From: Eledone cirrhosa
Taxonomy: Eukaryota
Direction: 5' to 3'
Assembly (NCBI GenBank): GCA_964016885.1
Contig: OZ024751.1
Span: 51,274,001 to 51,338,000 of the forward strand
DNA: 64,000 nt
A model generated the notes under the pieces. The model saw nothing but the letters and a program-made list of their open reading frames with translations, was not told the origin of the DNA and did no database searches. Position numbers and translations under genes: made by a program. Shown here in pieces: positions 1-12,100 of the stretch. Position 1 is the stretch's first letter. Every line of letters begins with the position of its first letter.

Positions 1-205
1 TATGTATTCAAAAGTATTAGTAAAAGAAAATTGACGGATCAAAGTTGATTAGAATAACAGATAGTTTGCCATCTGAAGGCAAATTAGAAAATAGAATGAT
101 TGGAAAATGAGGCCGAGAAAGACATATAGAAAAAGGAAATTAAATTATTATTGGAAAGTGGAGAAGAAACAGAATAATTTATCTATTAGTAAACATATAC
201 AACAT

Positions 206-236
<31 letters not shown>

Positions 237-551
237 ATGTATATATGTATGTATATAAACATGTGGTAGAAGAGTAATTCTTTCATCCTGTCAACATCGT
301 GAAGTACCAAAATGCAGTTAGTAATGCTAATATATACATAATTATTTATATGTACATATTTGTGTGTGTATATTTGAAATTTTTGTGAACAGATTTCAGA
401 TGAAATGAAAGAATGAATTCTCTAAAATTACTATTTGCATAATGAATGACAACACAGAAACACAAATCCTCCATCACAATTTTACTTGTGAAAATCATAA
501 GAACTGTGAAACCAACAAAGTAAATAAATATTCTTAAAAGACTCCAGTTGC

Positions 552-583
<32 letters not shown>

Positions 584-590
<7 letters not shown>

Positions 591-1360
591 ACTAGAAATT
601 GATTAACATATATATAAACATGAATAATCACAGGAGATAATTTTTACAAGTGTGTAACCACACATAGCTAGGTAGGTAACTAAATAAAGTTGACTAGAAC
701 TTCAAAAATAGATACCTTATACGGCATGACACCCATAATTTTGATTTAGATTAAATTCATTTAATTTATCTTAATTTTGGATATAGATATATAAATACGG
801 CTCCTTAATTGTAGAGCTAACTCTGTTGAAAGGACTCGACTGCTGTTTCTAGTTGTCGATGACCCTATTCACGCCACTGGGACGAAGCTGCTGTGGTGTG
901 TGTATTTATTTATAATAGATGCAAGACGTGGTAGTAGCCACTTGCAGATTTGAACTTGAAGTGTAAGCACGGATAGCTGGATATTTTCTTCCTTGTTGAA
1001 AATCCAAAATCTCCACTTCTGTGGTTTACCATCTGATTAATTGGTGAAATATATTTCTTTAATGGAATATATACAGGGAAGGTTAATCATATTATAAGGT
1101 ATCTATTTTTGAAGTTCTAGTCAACTTTATTTAGTTACCTACCTAGCTATGTGTGGTTACACACTTGTAAAAATTATCTCCTGTGATTATTCATGTTTAT
1201 ATATATGTTAATCAATTTCTAGTTATTATAAAATGCTCAGACCTACTTGTTAGAATCTTAGAGCTTATTTTCCGGGTGATATGGCGCATGCCTTTCCGGC
1301 ATGACATCCATAATTTTGATTTAGATTAAATTCATTTAATTTATCTTAATTTTGGATATA
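584..1360. mobile_element. (TA)n-embedded fold-back insert, architecture A'-B-spacer-A-C-B (Penelope pseudo-LTR-like)
   Basis: 138-bp inverted arms at 584-721 and 1093-1230; 64-bp direct repeat at 722-785 and 1297-1360; (TA)n on both sides. Confidence 0.65.
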
Positions 1361-1467
1361 TATATATATATATAAGATCTCAACACTACCTATGATTTCA
1401 AACTTCAACCAATATAAGCCATAGACATTCTATGTTTGCTAGTTTAGTTATCTTCATGTAGAACCAA

Positions 1468-1634
1468 AATGGCTACGGTAGAGGGTCGAACACCATGATT
1501 TCCAGCATAGTTACGGTCTGAGTTCAAATCCCGTCGAGGTTAACTTTGCCTTTCATCCTTACGGGGTCGATAAAATAAAGTACCAGTAATGAACTGGTTA
1601 ACTGCTGGCCTTGTGCCAAAAGTAGAAACAATTA
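1468..1634 (+). mobile_element. SINE family A (tRNA-like head, Meta-like central domain)
   Basis: ctgagttcaaatccc B-box-like motif, then gttaactttgcctttcatccttacggggtcgataaaataaagtaccag and tail gccttgtgccaaaagtagaaacaattatt; many copies in window. Confidence 0.8.
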
Positions 1635-2274
1635 TTTCATAGATGAAATCTTGTCAGATATAAAGGCAGTGACATGCATTTTTGTTGAGATCTTATTCTA
1701 ATATATGTTTTTACTCTGTACATTGCATATACCCTTTTTTCTTGATCTATTTCTTCAGAAACTCTTGGCTATATAATATAATGAAAATAAAAAAATAAAA
1801 ATAAAAAAAAATATATACACACAGACACACATATATATATGTATATATATATGCATAAACAGCAACAGACACACATATATGTGTAAGAAGAGTCTTTAGA
1901 ATCTTTAGTAGAAACAAGTGAGCATTAACATTTATTGTTCATAAAATCTGAAACTACAGGACATAGAGATGTAAAACTAAGGAAATAGCAGGTAAAGATA
2001 GAGAAGAAATATTTCCAGGTTATAAATGTTGGCAAATAGAAAATACAAGTCATTATAAACAACAAAACATAGCTTGGTCCTGTCATATAAATAGAGGTTA
2101 TTAAGAACTAAATATACTCTCAATAATAAAAATGTAAAAACATATCAGAATATCAAATAAAATAAGACCATGCCATGCATTTTATATTGAAAAGAACAAC
2201 AACTCAAGTGAATGTGTCAGAACTACATGTTTCAAGACAAACAATACTAACAATAAAAATGATAATAATATTGA

Positions 2275-3010
2275 TTGTTTCTACTTTAAGCACAAGGCCA
2301 GCAATTTTTTTTGGGGGGGAGGGAATGTTGATTAAATCGAAAGGCAAAGCTAACCTCGGTGGAATTTGAACTCAGATCATAAAGGGAGGTAACTCTATGC
2401 TTCAAAGCATGGCATCCGACCCTTACCGATACTGCCAATCCACCACCCTTGATGATAATAATAATTGTTTCTATTTTAGGCACAAGGCCAGCAATTACCC
2501 AGTACATTACTGGTACTTTATTTTATCGACCCCGTAAGGATGAAAGGCAAAGTTAACCTCGGCGGGATTTGAACTCAGATCGTAATTCTTATATAGGCAC
2601 AACACCAGCAATTTCGGGGGAGCGGAAAGTCAATTAAATCAACCCCAGTGCGTGACGGGTACATTATTTTATCGACCCCAGAAGAATGAAAGGCGAAGTT
2701 GACCTTAGCATAATTTGAACTCAGAATGTAAGGAGCTGGAACAAATGCCATAAAGCTATTTATCCAGTGCTCTAAAAAATTCTGCCAATCCCAAACTCCT
2801 TTTTTAAAAAAATGATAATAATTTCTACATTATACAAAGCCAGCAATTTTGGAGAGAAAGGAAAGCCAATTATATTGACCCCAATTTGAACTTTATTTTA
2901 TTGCCCTCAACAGGATGAAAGGTAAAATTGATCTCGGCAAGATCTGAACTCAGAATGTAAAGAGCAGGGACTAAATGCTGTCACACTAACAATTCTGCCA
3001 ATCCACTGCC
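2275..3010 (-). mobile_element. Four head-to-tail SINE family A copies (about 2275-2448, 2462-2583, 2585-2790, 2820-3010)
   Basis: Repeated tgaaaggcaaagttaacctcggcgggatttgaactcaga and gcacaaggccagcaatt blocks. Confidence 0.8.
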
Positions 3011-3066
3011 CTCATTATTATTTGAATATTAAAAGAGGCACGATAAAGTGGGGCAATATTTACACT

Positions 3067-3390
3067 GGATAATGTGCAGATTTTATGGTCTGAAAATGGG
3101 AAAATGGTACAACCATCACCCAGAAGCAGTAACAGGATTTCCCTGTGAACACTGACAGAATAATCAAGGCCAACAGACTTGATATAATTGGGAAGGCCCA
3201 TAAAAAGAAAACATGTTTCTTAATTGACATGGGCATTCCATCAGATCGTAACATCTCCTTGAAAAAGCTCAGAAAGCTCAGTAAGTATGAAGATCCATCA
3301 ATTGAAATTGAGAAAATGTGGCAATACCAATGATAGTCGGCACACTGAAAGATATTTGGACCAGATACCTGGTAAGCCATCTATACAAGA
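3067..3390 (+). pseudogene. Fragment of a non-LTR retrotransposon restriction-like endonuclease domain (R4/Dong-type)
   Basis: Translation DFPVNTDRIIKANRLDII...CFLIDMGIPSDRNI...KLSKYEDPSIEIEKMW matches the RLE NRPD..ID..P..K..KY pattern; stops present. Confidence 0.7.
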
Positions 3391-3400
3391 GATACAGAAA

Positions 3401-3797
3401 ATAATTGTTTCTACTTTTGGCACAAAGCCAGAAATTAACCAGTGCATTACTGGTACTTTATTTTATCAACCCCATAAGGATGAAAGGCAAAGTTAACCGC
3501 GGCGGGATTTGAACTCAGAATGGCAAGGGCCATAACTCTATGCATCAAAGCATAGCGTCTGACCCTCTACTGATACTGACAATTCACCGCCCTTTACCAA
3601 TCCACCGCCCTACAGAAAATAATTGTTTCTACTTTAGGCACAAGTCCAGCAATTACCCAGTACATTACTGGTACTTTATTTTATCGACCCCGTAAGGATG
3701 AAAGGCAAAGTTAACCTCGGCAGGATTTGAACTCAGATTGTAAAGGGACGTAACTATGCTAGAAAGCATGGCGTCCAACCCTCTACCGATACTGCCA
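3401..3797 (-). mobile_element. Two tandem SINE family A copies (3401-3610, 3619-3797)
   Basis: Same core and tail as the 1468 copy, reverse strand. Confidence 0.8.
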
Positions 3798-4398
3798 CTG
3801 TCCATGTCCTGAGAAGGGCATTATCAATTTAAAAACCATGAAAAACATTTACTGGTTTTGTGTCCTTGTGGCATAATTTGTATGACAATTGATTGTAAAA
3901 TGTGTGTATTATAAAAGTTTGCCTCAGGTGTCAGGTTGACACTCGGCATGATTTAGGAAAGAAGCAGAATTCAAAGAAAGTTTCAAATAATAATAATGTT
4001 AATGAGTAGACATAACCAAAATGAGAGCATTGTAAACAGAAATATTGCCTATTATATGAGATGCCTAGGAAAAGATTAAAAATAAAGATACAGACAAATA
4101 TAAAACCAAAACTTTAGGACTTGTACACATACATAACATACAAAACATAGTATTACCACACACTGCACACATATTATGTAGAGGAATCATAATCATATTA
4201 AAATAGCACTACTTAGTAATGCATTCATATTATTACAGAGAGTACATCCAAGACAGTAGAAAAACAAAAACAAACAAAACCCCAAAACCAAATGAAACAC
4301 TGCACGTACCCAGGCACACAGAGCTGCGTTCAGTTGTGTAGTGAAAACACACAATAAATATAAGACTACTGAAATAATAATAAATAAATAAATATAAC

Positions 4399-4588
4399 AA
4401 TAATTGTTTCTACTTTTGGCACAAGGCCAGCAATTATCCCAGTACATTACTGGTACTTTATTTTATCAACCCTGAAAGGGTGAAAGGCAAAGTTAACCAC
4501 AGCGGGATTTGAGCTCAGACTGCAAAGGGACATAACTCTATGCTCAAGCATGGCGTCTGACCCTCTACTGATACTGCCAATCCACCGC
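4399..4588 (-). mobile_element. SINE family A
   Basis: Full-length-looking copy from ggcggtggattggcag-like head to aattgtttctactttt tail. Confidence 0.8.
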
Positions 4589-4831
4589 TTATAATAGTAA
4601 TAATAATAAGTATAATTATAATAAATAATTGTAAAGATAATAAAAATACTAAATACAATAGCAGTCAACATTAACATGATTATCATCAAAACCCGAGAGA
4701 AAAAAGTTAGGCAAGCACAAATAATGTAAATGTGTATCGCTCACCGAGTTCACATTCTGCGTATTCTGAAATGCAGGAGAAAGTTGCAGTTACTGTCAAA
4801 GTGTAAAGCAAATAGGGTGCAGCAGAGTAGG

Positions 4832-5025
4832 ATTCTTTTAAAGGGTGCAACAGGGTGCAGTAGGGTACAGCAAGGTATAATTTCAGGGTGGGAGCCTTTA
4901 ATTGATATTTAACATGAGACATATTTATTCTTTTAAAGGGTGCAACAGGGGGCAGTAGGATTTAACAAGGTATAATTTTAAGGATGGGGGCTTTAGTTGA
5001 TATTTAACTTGAGACATATTTATTC
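4832..5025. repeat. Diverged tandem duplication of about 96 bp
   Basis: attcttttaaagggtgcaacaggg...gatatttaac(a/t)tgagacatattta occurs twice. Confidence 0.75.
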
Positions 5026-6769
5026 AGGAAGAATAGAGATAGGAGGGAAAGTGGTAATGGTGAAGGGGATGCATATTCTGTTGTAAATTAGCATATTGTA
5101 AAGTAAAATAAGTTCATATATAAATATTAATGACATACACAAGATGACACAGATATATATTCATACACCATCAGAGACGAGCTTGCATATTGAAGCATAT
5201 CTGAGAATCTTTCAATTCCAGAGTCAGGTTCGATCACTAATAGATCGACAGTGAAACATATGTAATATGTTATTAAATATGTTATGATGCAACACTGATT
5301 CTTTGTTCCTTTATATGTATATATATATATAGTATATATTTAAGGGACAGGGCTTATCAAATAAAATGGACACAGCTTCGGTCATTTCCTCACTCACTCA
5401 ATAATCAATTAAATTTGTATTAAAATTCAAATCCAAATGGTTAGAATTCACACATATGCTAATCAGTAAGGAAGACGACTTTGTATGGGTAAGATAATTA
5501 ATATACATATATAGAGAGAGGGGGAGGGGAAAAAGAGAGAGAACAACCTGTAGATATAGAAACAAATAGGTAGAACTTGTCACCAGGGTGAGTTGACAGA
5601 TAACTAAATAAATATTTAAAAAATCATAAAATGTTACATTTGTAACAAGAAAGACTGACAAACATTATATAGATATAGAGATAAACATAAAATATATTTA
5701 TAAAATGATATTATTGGTAACTTTTAAAATCCTGTACTGCATTACACCACATTAACAAATTGAAATCATTATGCAAATTTCCACAATGATCTATCCATTA
5801 ATAACAAATACTGCATGAATGAACAAAAACCTGTTTTGAAATATTTTCTACTAAATCAGTACAGGATCTTAAGAGTTAAAGAAACTTTAGACAGATATCA
5901 GTCATATATATAATAAGGATGTTAGTGTTTTTTGCTGTCACACCTAGGAAGTAATGTAGGAAGCTGTCAAACAAATAGAGAATGAATGACCAGTACAATG
6001 AAAGGGATAGGAAGGATGAGATGTTTCTCACACCACCCTGACTAACAGAGGGGGAAAGAGTGGGGATAGAAAGAAAATAAGAGTAGGTTGGAGCAAGGAT
6101 GTTATCTTTATGAGGTATAGGAAGTTTTAGTGTGTATTATGATAAAAGAACTGGGATAGGGATAATTACATGTATGTCTTGAAATGTTTTGTAAATAATA
6201 TTGGAATATTTTTGTAAATATAACATCAAAGATGAACTTGGCAGGGTTTTGACTCAGAGCAAATACACACGTGAACAATTGCACAGTCTTAGTTTCACAC
6301 TTGTGGGTCAAAGGAAAGGAATGTCACAATATATCAGACATTAGTTCTTCATCAGGAATGAGGTAAGTCAGAGAGAGAGAGAGAGAGAGAAGGCTGGAAC
6401 ACATGCTTATACACATGCAAACAAATATCTACATAATCTCTTTACAAACAAAGAATGGGGAATGAATATGGTCATGAATGACTATAGGATTTGAACCTAG
6501 AAAGTTCCCCTCTGAAGCACAAGTCTGGGCAGAGTTGTTTGTGGAAGACCAGTAGTCAGCCATGCTTACTAGCCTCCTTTCTTCACATCACCGATGTTGT
6601 CCAAGGGAAAGGCAAAGGCACCAGTGACATCACAACATACACTATATATACACTATATACTCTCTCTCTCTATATATATACACTATATACTCTATATATA
6701 CACTATATACTCTATATATATACACTATATGTGATGTCCAAGGTAAACGCAATGGGCGATATAACTTGG

Positions 6770-6922
6770 CACCAGTGATATTGCAATTCATTTCTACAGC
6801 TGAGTGAACTGGAGCAGCATGAAATAAAGTGTTTTTGCTCAAAAACACAATGCTTAGCCTAGTCCAAGAATCGAACTCACAACCTCACAATTGTAAACCC
6901 GATGCCCTAACCACTAAGCCAT
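6770..6922 (-). mobile_element. SINE family B 5' part (tRNA-like head, CORE-like domain)
   Basis: Reverse strand reads atggcttagtggttagg...gagttcgattctt...tgtttttgagcaaaaacactttatttcatgctgctccagttcactcagctgtagaaatg. Confidence 0.7.
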
Positions 6923-7496
6923 GCTGAAGATCCTAGGATTTATATATCTTCACGTTTTCTTATATTTCACACTGGTGTTAAATGGACATGCTACATCTAT
7001 TATCTTATACATGCTCATGTATTTCTCTAGTACAACTATATCTAATTTGAATGTTCCAGTTCCTTGTCTGCCTGTCTGGAAGTCAAACTTTGCCTTTCAG
7101 CCATCTGGGGCCAATAAAGTAATGTGCCAGCTAAGTGTATGGAGGAGGGTGATCTAATTGACTTTCTCCTTCACCCAAATTTCTGATCTTGTGTCAATGT
7201 TAGAAACAGTTCTTATTTTCTTATTACTGTTTGTTATAACGAAATATATCATAAGTTAAAATTTAAAAAATATATTCGAGAAAAAAAAAAGGGATAAAGA
7301 AATAATAAATTTTATGTGTTTGATGTTTTTTTATATATTCTATTTTTTTAACTATTATTTTCTTTTTGTTTTATAACGGCAGTTATTGTTTTTGTTGTAG
7401 TTGCTTTGTACACATTGAAAGAGCTCCCTCACTAATTAGTCAATGAGGTAAACAAACAGACAGCAAGAATTGCAGAACGCAAACATGGCATAACTA

Positions 7497-7532
<36 letters not shown>

Positions 7533-9139
7533 ATAGATAAAATTAAACAATAAAAAAAAAAAAATAGTAAATCCAATCAATATCGATCAGCTTACTAGAA
7601 ATAGCTGCAGCAGCAGCAACTACTAAGTATGTTTTTGATGGATCTGTTATCATAAAGAAGAAAATGAAGAAGACTGACATAGCAACTACATCTTCAAATA
7701 AAGGTCTGCTTTGCTTTTACACTGATTTTACTGACCCAGTTTAAACAGTGAAGAATTGCAATATTTATTCTCTCTGTAGACTAGCTATGTATGTCCTCTG
7801 TCTCCACTCATCTAGTCAAAAATCTATTGTTATTCTCTCAAGAGGAAAGAATAGGTGTTGGTTACTGTTGTTTTTGTTTAGTATTTAACCTCTAGTAAAC
7901 TCCTGACTGATGAAATGGCAGCATTGTTAGAACTTTGGAGAGAATGTTTTGCAGTATTCATTCTGGCTCTTTGCATTCTGAGTTCAAATCCTGCCTTTCA
8001 TCATTTTGAATTCAATAAAAAAAATAGCAACCATCTACTACTGAAGTTGATTATTAATCTATATCTCTTTCTCAATTCCTTGCTATCATTTTCTCTCCTT
8101 CTTTTGAAGAAATCAGCCATATTCGGGCATTTTGATGCCCATATGACTCCACTAGAAGTTACTTATCTCTACACATGTACAAACTCCTGACACCACAAAA
8201 ACCATGCCACTATGGCACATCTAAGACTCTACCAAGAGTGTCAGGTCCAAACACACATACAAACTCCTAACAGCACAAAGAGAGTATATGACACTGGCTC
8301 AATGTTCTATGCACCAAGCAATGTTATTGAACCAAGGATTATTAGGTTACAAGCAATTTTCTTAATGCCATAGCTATGCCTGTGCTATTATTGTTGTAAT
8401 TTCTTGTTATGTCTTTAGCCTCAGGTAACCCACTCCTAACATCAAAGAAAGCTCTAATCAAGCAAACCTATAATCAATGCTTCAAGCAAACTATAACAAC
8501 TTATTCTAACATAAAATTATGATGGAAGGTTTTAGTATCAAAATAGTTAATAGAGCTGATCCATGGGCAGTTACTGTTGTCTGATCAATCTCCTCAGCTG
8601 GATCACCTGGGAAATGGTGTCATATGCTGAAAGATCCCAAACACTCAATGACTCTAGATCACATCTCTAATGATACATCCCAGTTCTCTATTACAAGCAT
8701 CTTTCATAGAAGTGTATAAGACTGACAGTCTCTTGTTTATGTGTCTAATTATGAGTGAATCTCTTTGTATTATACATCAAAATGTAAGTAATTGAATATA
8801 TTTTTGTAAAATAACATAAATACTATATGTTAGTGATATCGCATGTCTATGGTAAGTAAATTACATGCTCAATTTTTTTTTATAAATGCATACAAATTGT
8901 ATAATTTCACTTCATTGTCAGGAAATAAAGTATTTCATATTCTGAAAAAAATGAAAAACCTGCTCTATTTCAATTGTAAGAAGTCAAAATAATATTAAAA
9001 AGAGTTTATCTTTTCTTTAGTTCATTTGTATAGAATTGTGCATGAATAAAATATATGATTCAGGGTGTAGCTTCATGTATTTGTTTGAATGTTTTTTAAG
9101 TGCATAAGGTGGTACCAAATCATTTAAGAGTTAGTGACA

Positions 9140-12100
9140 GGATAAAGGGAGACGTCACAGTGGATCAGGATATAGAAGTGAGACGTCATAGTGTATCAGG
9201 ATATAGAAGTGAGACGTCATAGTGGATCAGGATATAGAAGTGAGACATCATTGTGGATCAAGATATAGAAGTGAGACATCATTGTGGATCAGGATATAGA
9301 AGTGAGACGTCATTGTGGCTCAGGGTATAGAAGTGAGGCATCATTGTGGATCAAGATATAGAAGTGAGGCATCGTGGATCAAGATATAGAAGTGAGACAT
9401 CATTGTGGCTCAGGATATAGAAGTGAGGCATCGTGGATCAAGATATAGAAGTGAGGCATCGTGGATCAAGATATAGAAGTGAGACATCATTGTGGCTCAG
9501 GATATAGAAGTGAGGCATCGTGGATCAAGATATAGAAGTGAGACATCATTGTAGATCAAGATATAGAAGTGAGACATCATTGTGGATCAAGATATAGAAG
9601 TGAGACATCATTGTGGATCAAGATATAGAAGTGAGATATCATTGTGGATCAAGATATAGAAGTGAGATATCATTGTGGCTCAGGATATAGAAGTGAGATA
9701 TCATTGTGACTCAGGATATAGAAGTGAGACATCATTGTGGCTCAGGATATAGAAGTGAGATATCATTGTGGCTCAGGATATAGAAGTGAGATATCATTGT
9801 GGCTCAGGATATAGAAGTGAGATATCATTGTGACTCAGGATATAGAAGTGAGACATCATTGTGACTCAGGATATAGTAGTGAGACATCATTGTGACTCAG
9901 GATATAGAAGTGAGACATCATTGTGGCTCAGGATATAGAAGTGAGACATCATTGTGACTCAGGATTTAGAAGTGAGACTTCATTGTGACTCGGGATATAG
10001 AAGTGAGACATCATTGTGGATCAAGATATAGAAGTGAGACTACATTGTGGATCAAGATATAGAAGTGAGACTACATTGTGGATCAAGATATAGAAGTGAG
10101 ACTTCATTATGACTCAGGATTTAGAAGTGAGACTTCATTGTGACTCAGGATATAGTAGTGAGACATCATTGTGACTCAGGATATAGAAGTGAGACATCAT
10201 TGTGGCTCAGGATATAGAAGTGAGACATCATTGTGACTCAGGATATAGAAGTGAGACATCATTGTGGCTCAGGATATAGAAGTGAGACATCATTGTGGAT
10301 CAAGATATAGAAGTGAGACTTCATTGTGGCTCAAGATATAGAAGTGAGACTTCATTGTGGATCGAGATATAGAAGTGAGACTTCATTGTGGCTCAGGATA
10401 TAGAAGTGAGACATCATTGTGGATCAAGATATAGAAGTGAGACTTCATTGTAACTCAGGATATAGAAGTGAGACATCATTGTGGATCAAGATATAGAAGT
10501 GAGACTTCATTGTGGCTCAGGATATAGAAGTGAGACATCATTGTGGCTCAGGATATAGAAGTGAGACATCATTGTGGCTCAGGATATAGAAGTGAGACAT
10601 CATTGTGGATCAGGATATAGAAGTGAGACATCATTGTGGCTCAGGATATAGAAGTGAGACATCAGTGTGGATCAGGATATAGAAGTGAGACATCATTGTG
10701 GATCAAGATATAGAAGTGAGACTACATTGTGGATCAAGATATAGAAGTGAGACTTCATTGTGGATCAAGATATAGAAGTGAGACTACATTGTTGATCAAG
10801 ATATAGAAGTGAGACTTCATTGTGGCTCAGGATATAGAAGTAAGACATCATTGTGGATCAGGATATAGAAGTGAGACATTATTGTGGATCAAGATATAGA
10901 AGTGAGACTTCATTGTAACTCAGGATATAGAAGTGAGACATCATTGTGGATCAGGATATAGAAGTGAGACATCATTGTGGATCAAGATATAGAAGTGAGA
11001 CTTCATTGTAACTCAGGATATAGAAGTGAGACATCAGTGTGGATCAGGATATAGAAGTGAGACATCATTGTGGCTCAAGATATAGAAGTGAGACTTCATT
11101 GTGGCTCAAGATATAGAAGTGAGACTTCATTGTGGATCAAGATATAGAAGTGAGACTTCATTGTGGATATAGAAGTGAGAGATCATTGTGGTTCAAGATA
11201 TAGAAGTGAGACATCATTGTGACTCAGGATATAGAAGTGAGACATCATTGTGGCTGAGGATATAGAAGTGAGACATCATTGTGGCTCAGGATATAGAAGT
11301 GAGACTTCATTGTGGATCAAGATATAGAACTGAGACATCATTGTGGATCAGGATATAGAAGTTAGACGTCATTGTGGATCAAGATATAGAAGTGAGACAT
11401 CATTGTGGATCAGGATATAGAAGTGAGACGTCATTGTGGATCAAGGTATAGAAGTGAGACATCATTGTGGCTCAAGATATAGAAGTGAGACTTCATTGTG
11501 ACTCAGGATATAGAAGTGAGACTTTATTGTGACTCAGGATATAGAAGTGAGACTTCATTGTGACTCAGGATATAGAAGTGAGACATCATTGTGGATCAAG
11601 ATATAGAAGTGAGACTTCATTGTGGATCAAGATATAGAAGTGAGACTACATTGTGGATCAAGATATAGAAGTGAGACTACATTGTGGATCAAGATATAGA
11701 AGTGAGACATCATTGTGGATCAAGATATAGAAGTGAGACTTCATTGTGGATCAAGATATAGAAGTGAGACTACATTGTGGATCAAGATATAGAAGTGAGA
11801 CTTCATTGTGGAGCAAGATATAGAAGTGAGTCATCATTGTGGATCAAGATATAGAAGTGAGACTTCATTGTGGATCAAGATATAGAAGTGAGACTTCATT
11901 GTGGATCAGGATATAGAAGTGAGACATCATTGTGGATGAAGATATAGAAGTGAGACTTCATTGTGGATCAAGATATAGAAGTGAGACATCATTGTGGATC
12001 AAGATATAGAAGTGAGACCACATTGTGGATCAAGATATAGAAGTGAGACTTCATTGTGGATCAAGATATAGAAGTGAGACTTCATTGTGGATCAATATAT

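Noticed and set aside
6285-6358. Minus-strand CTGATGA...GAAAC
   Set aside because: No UH cleavage site with a pairing stem I
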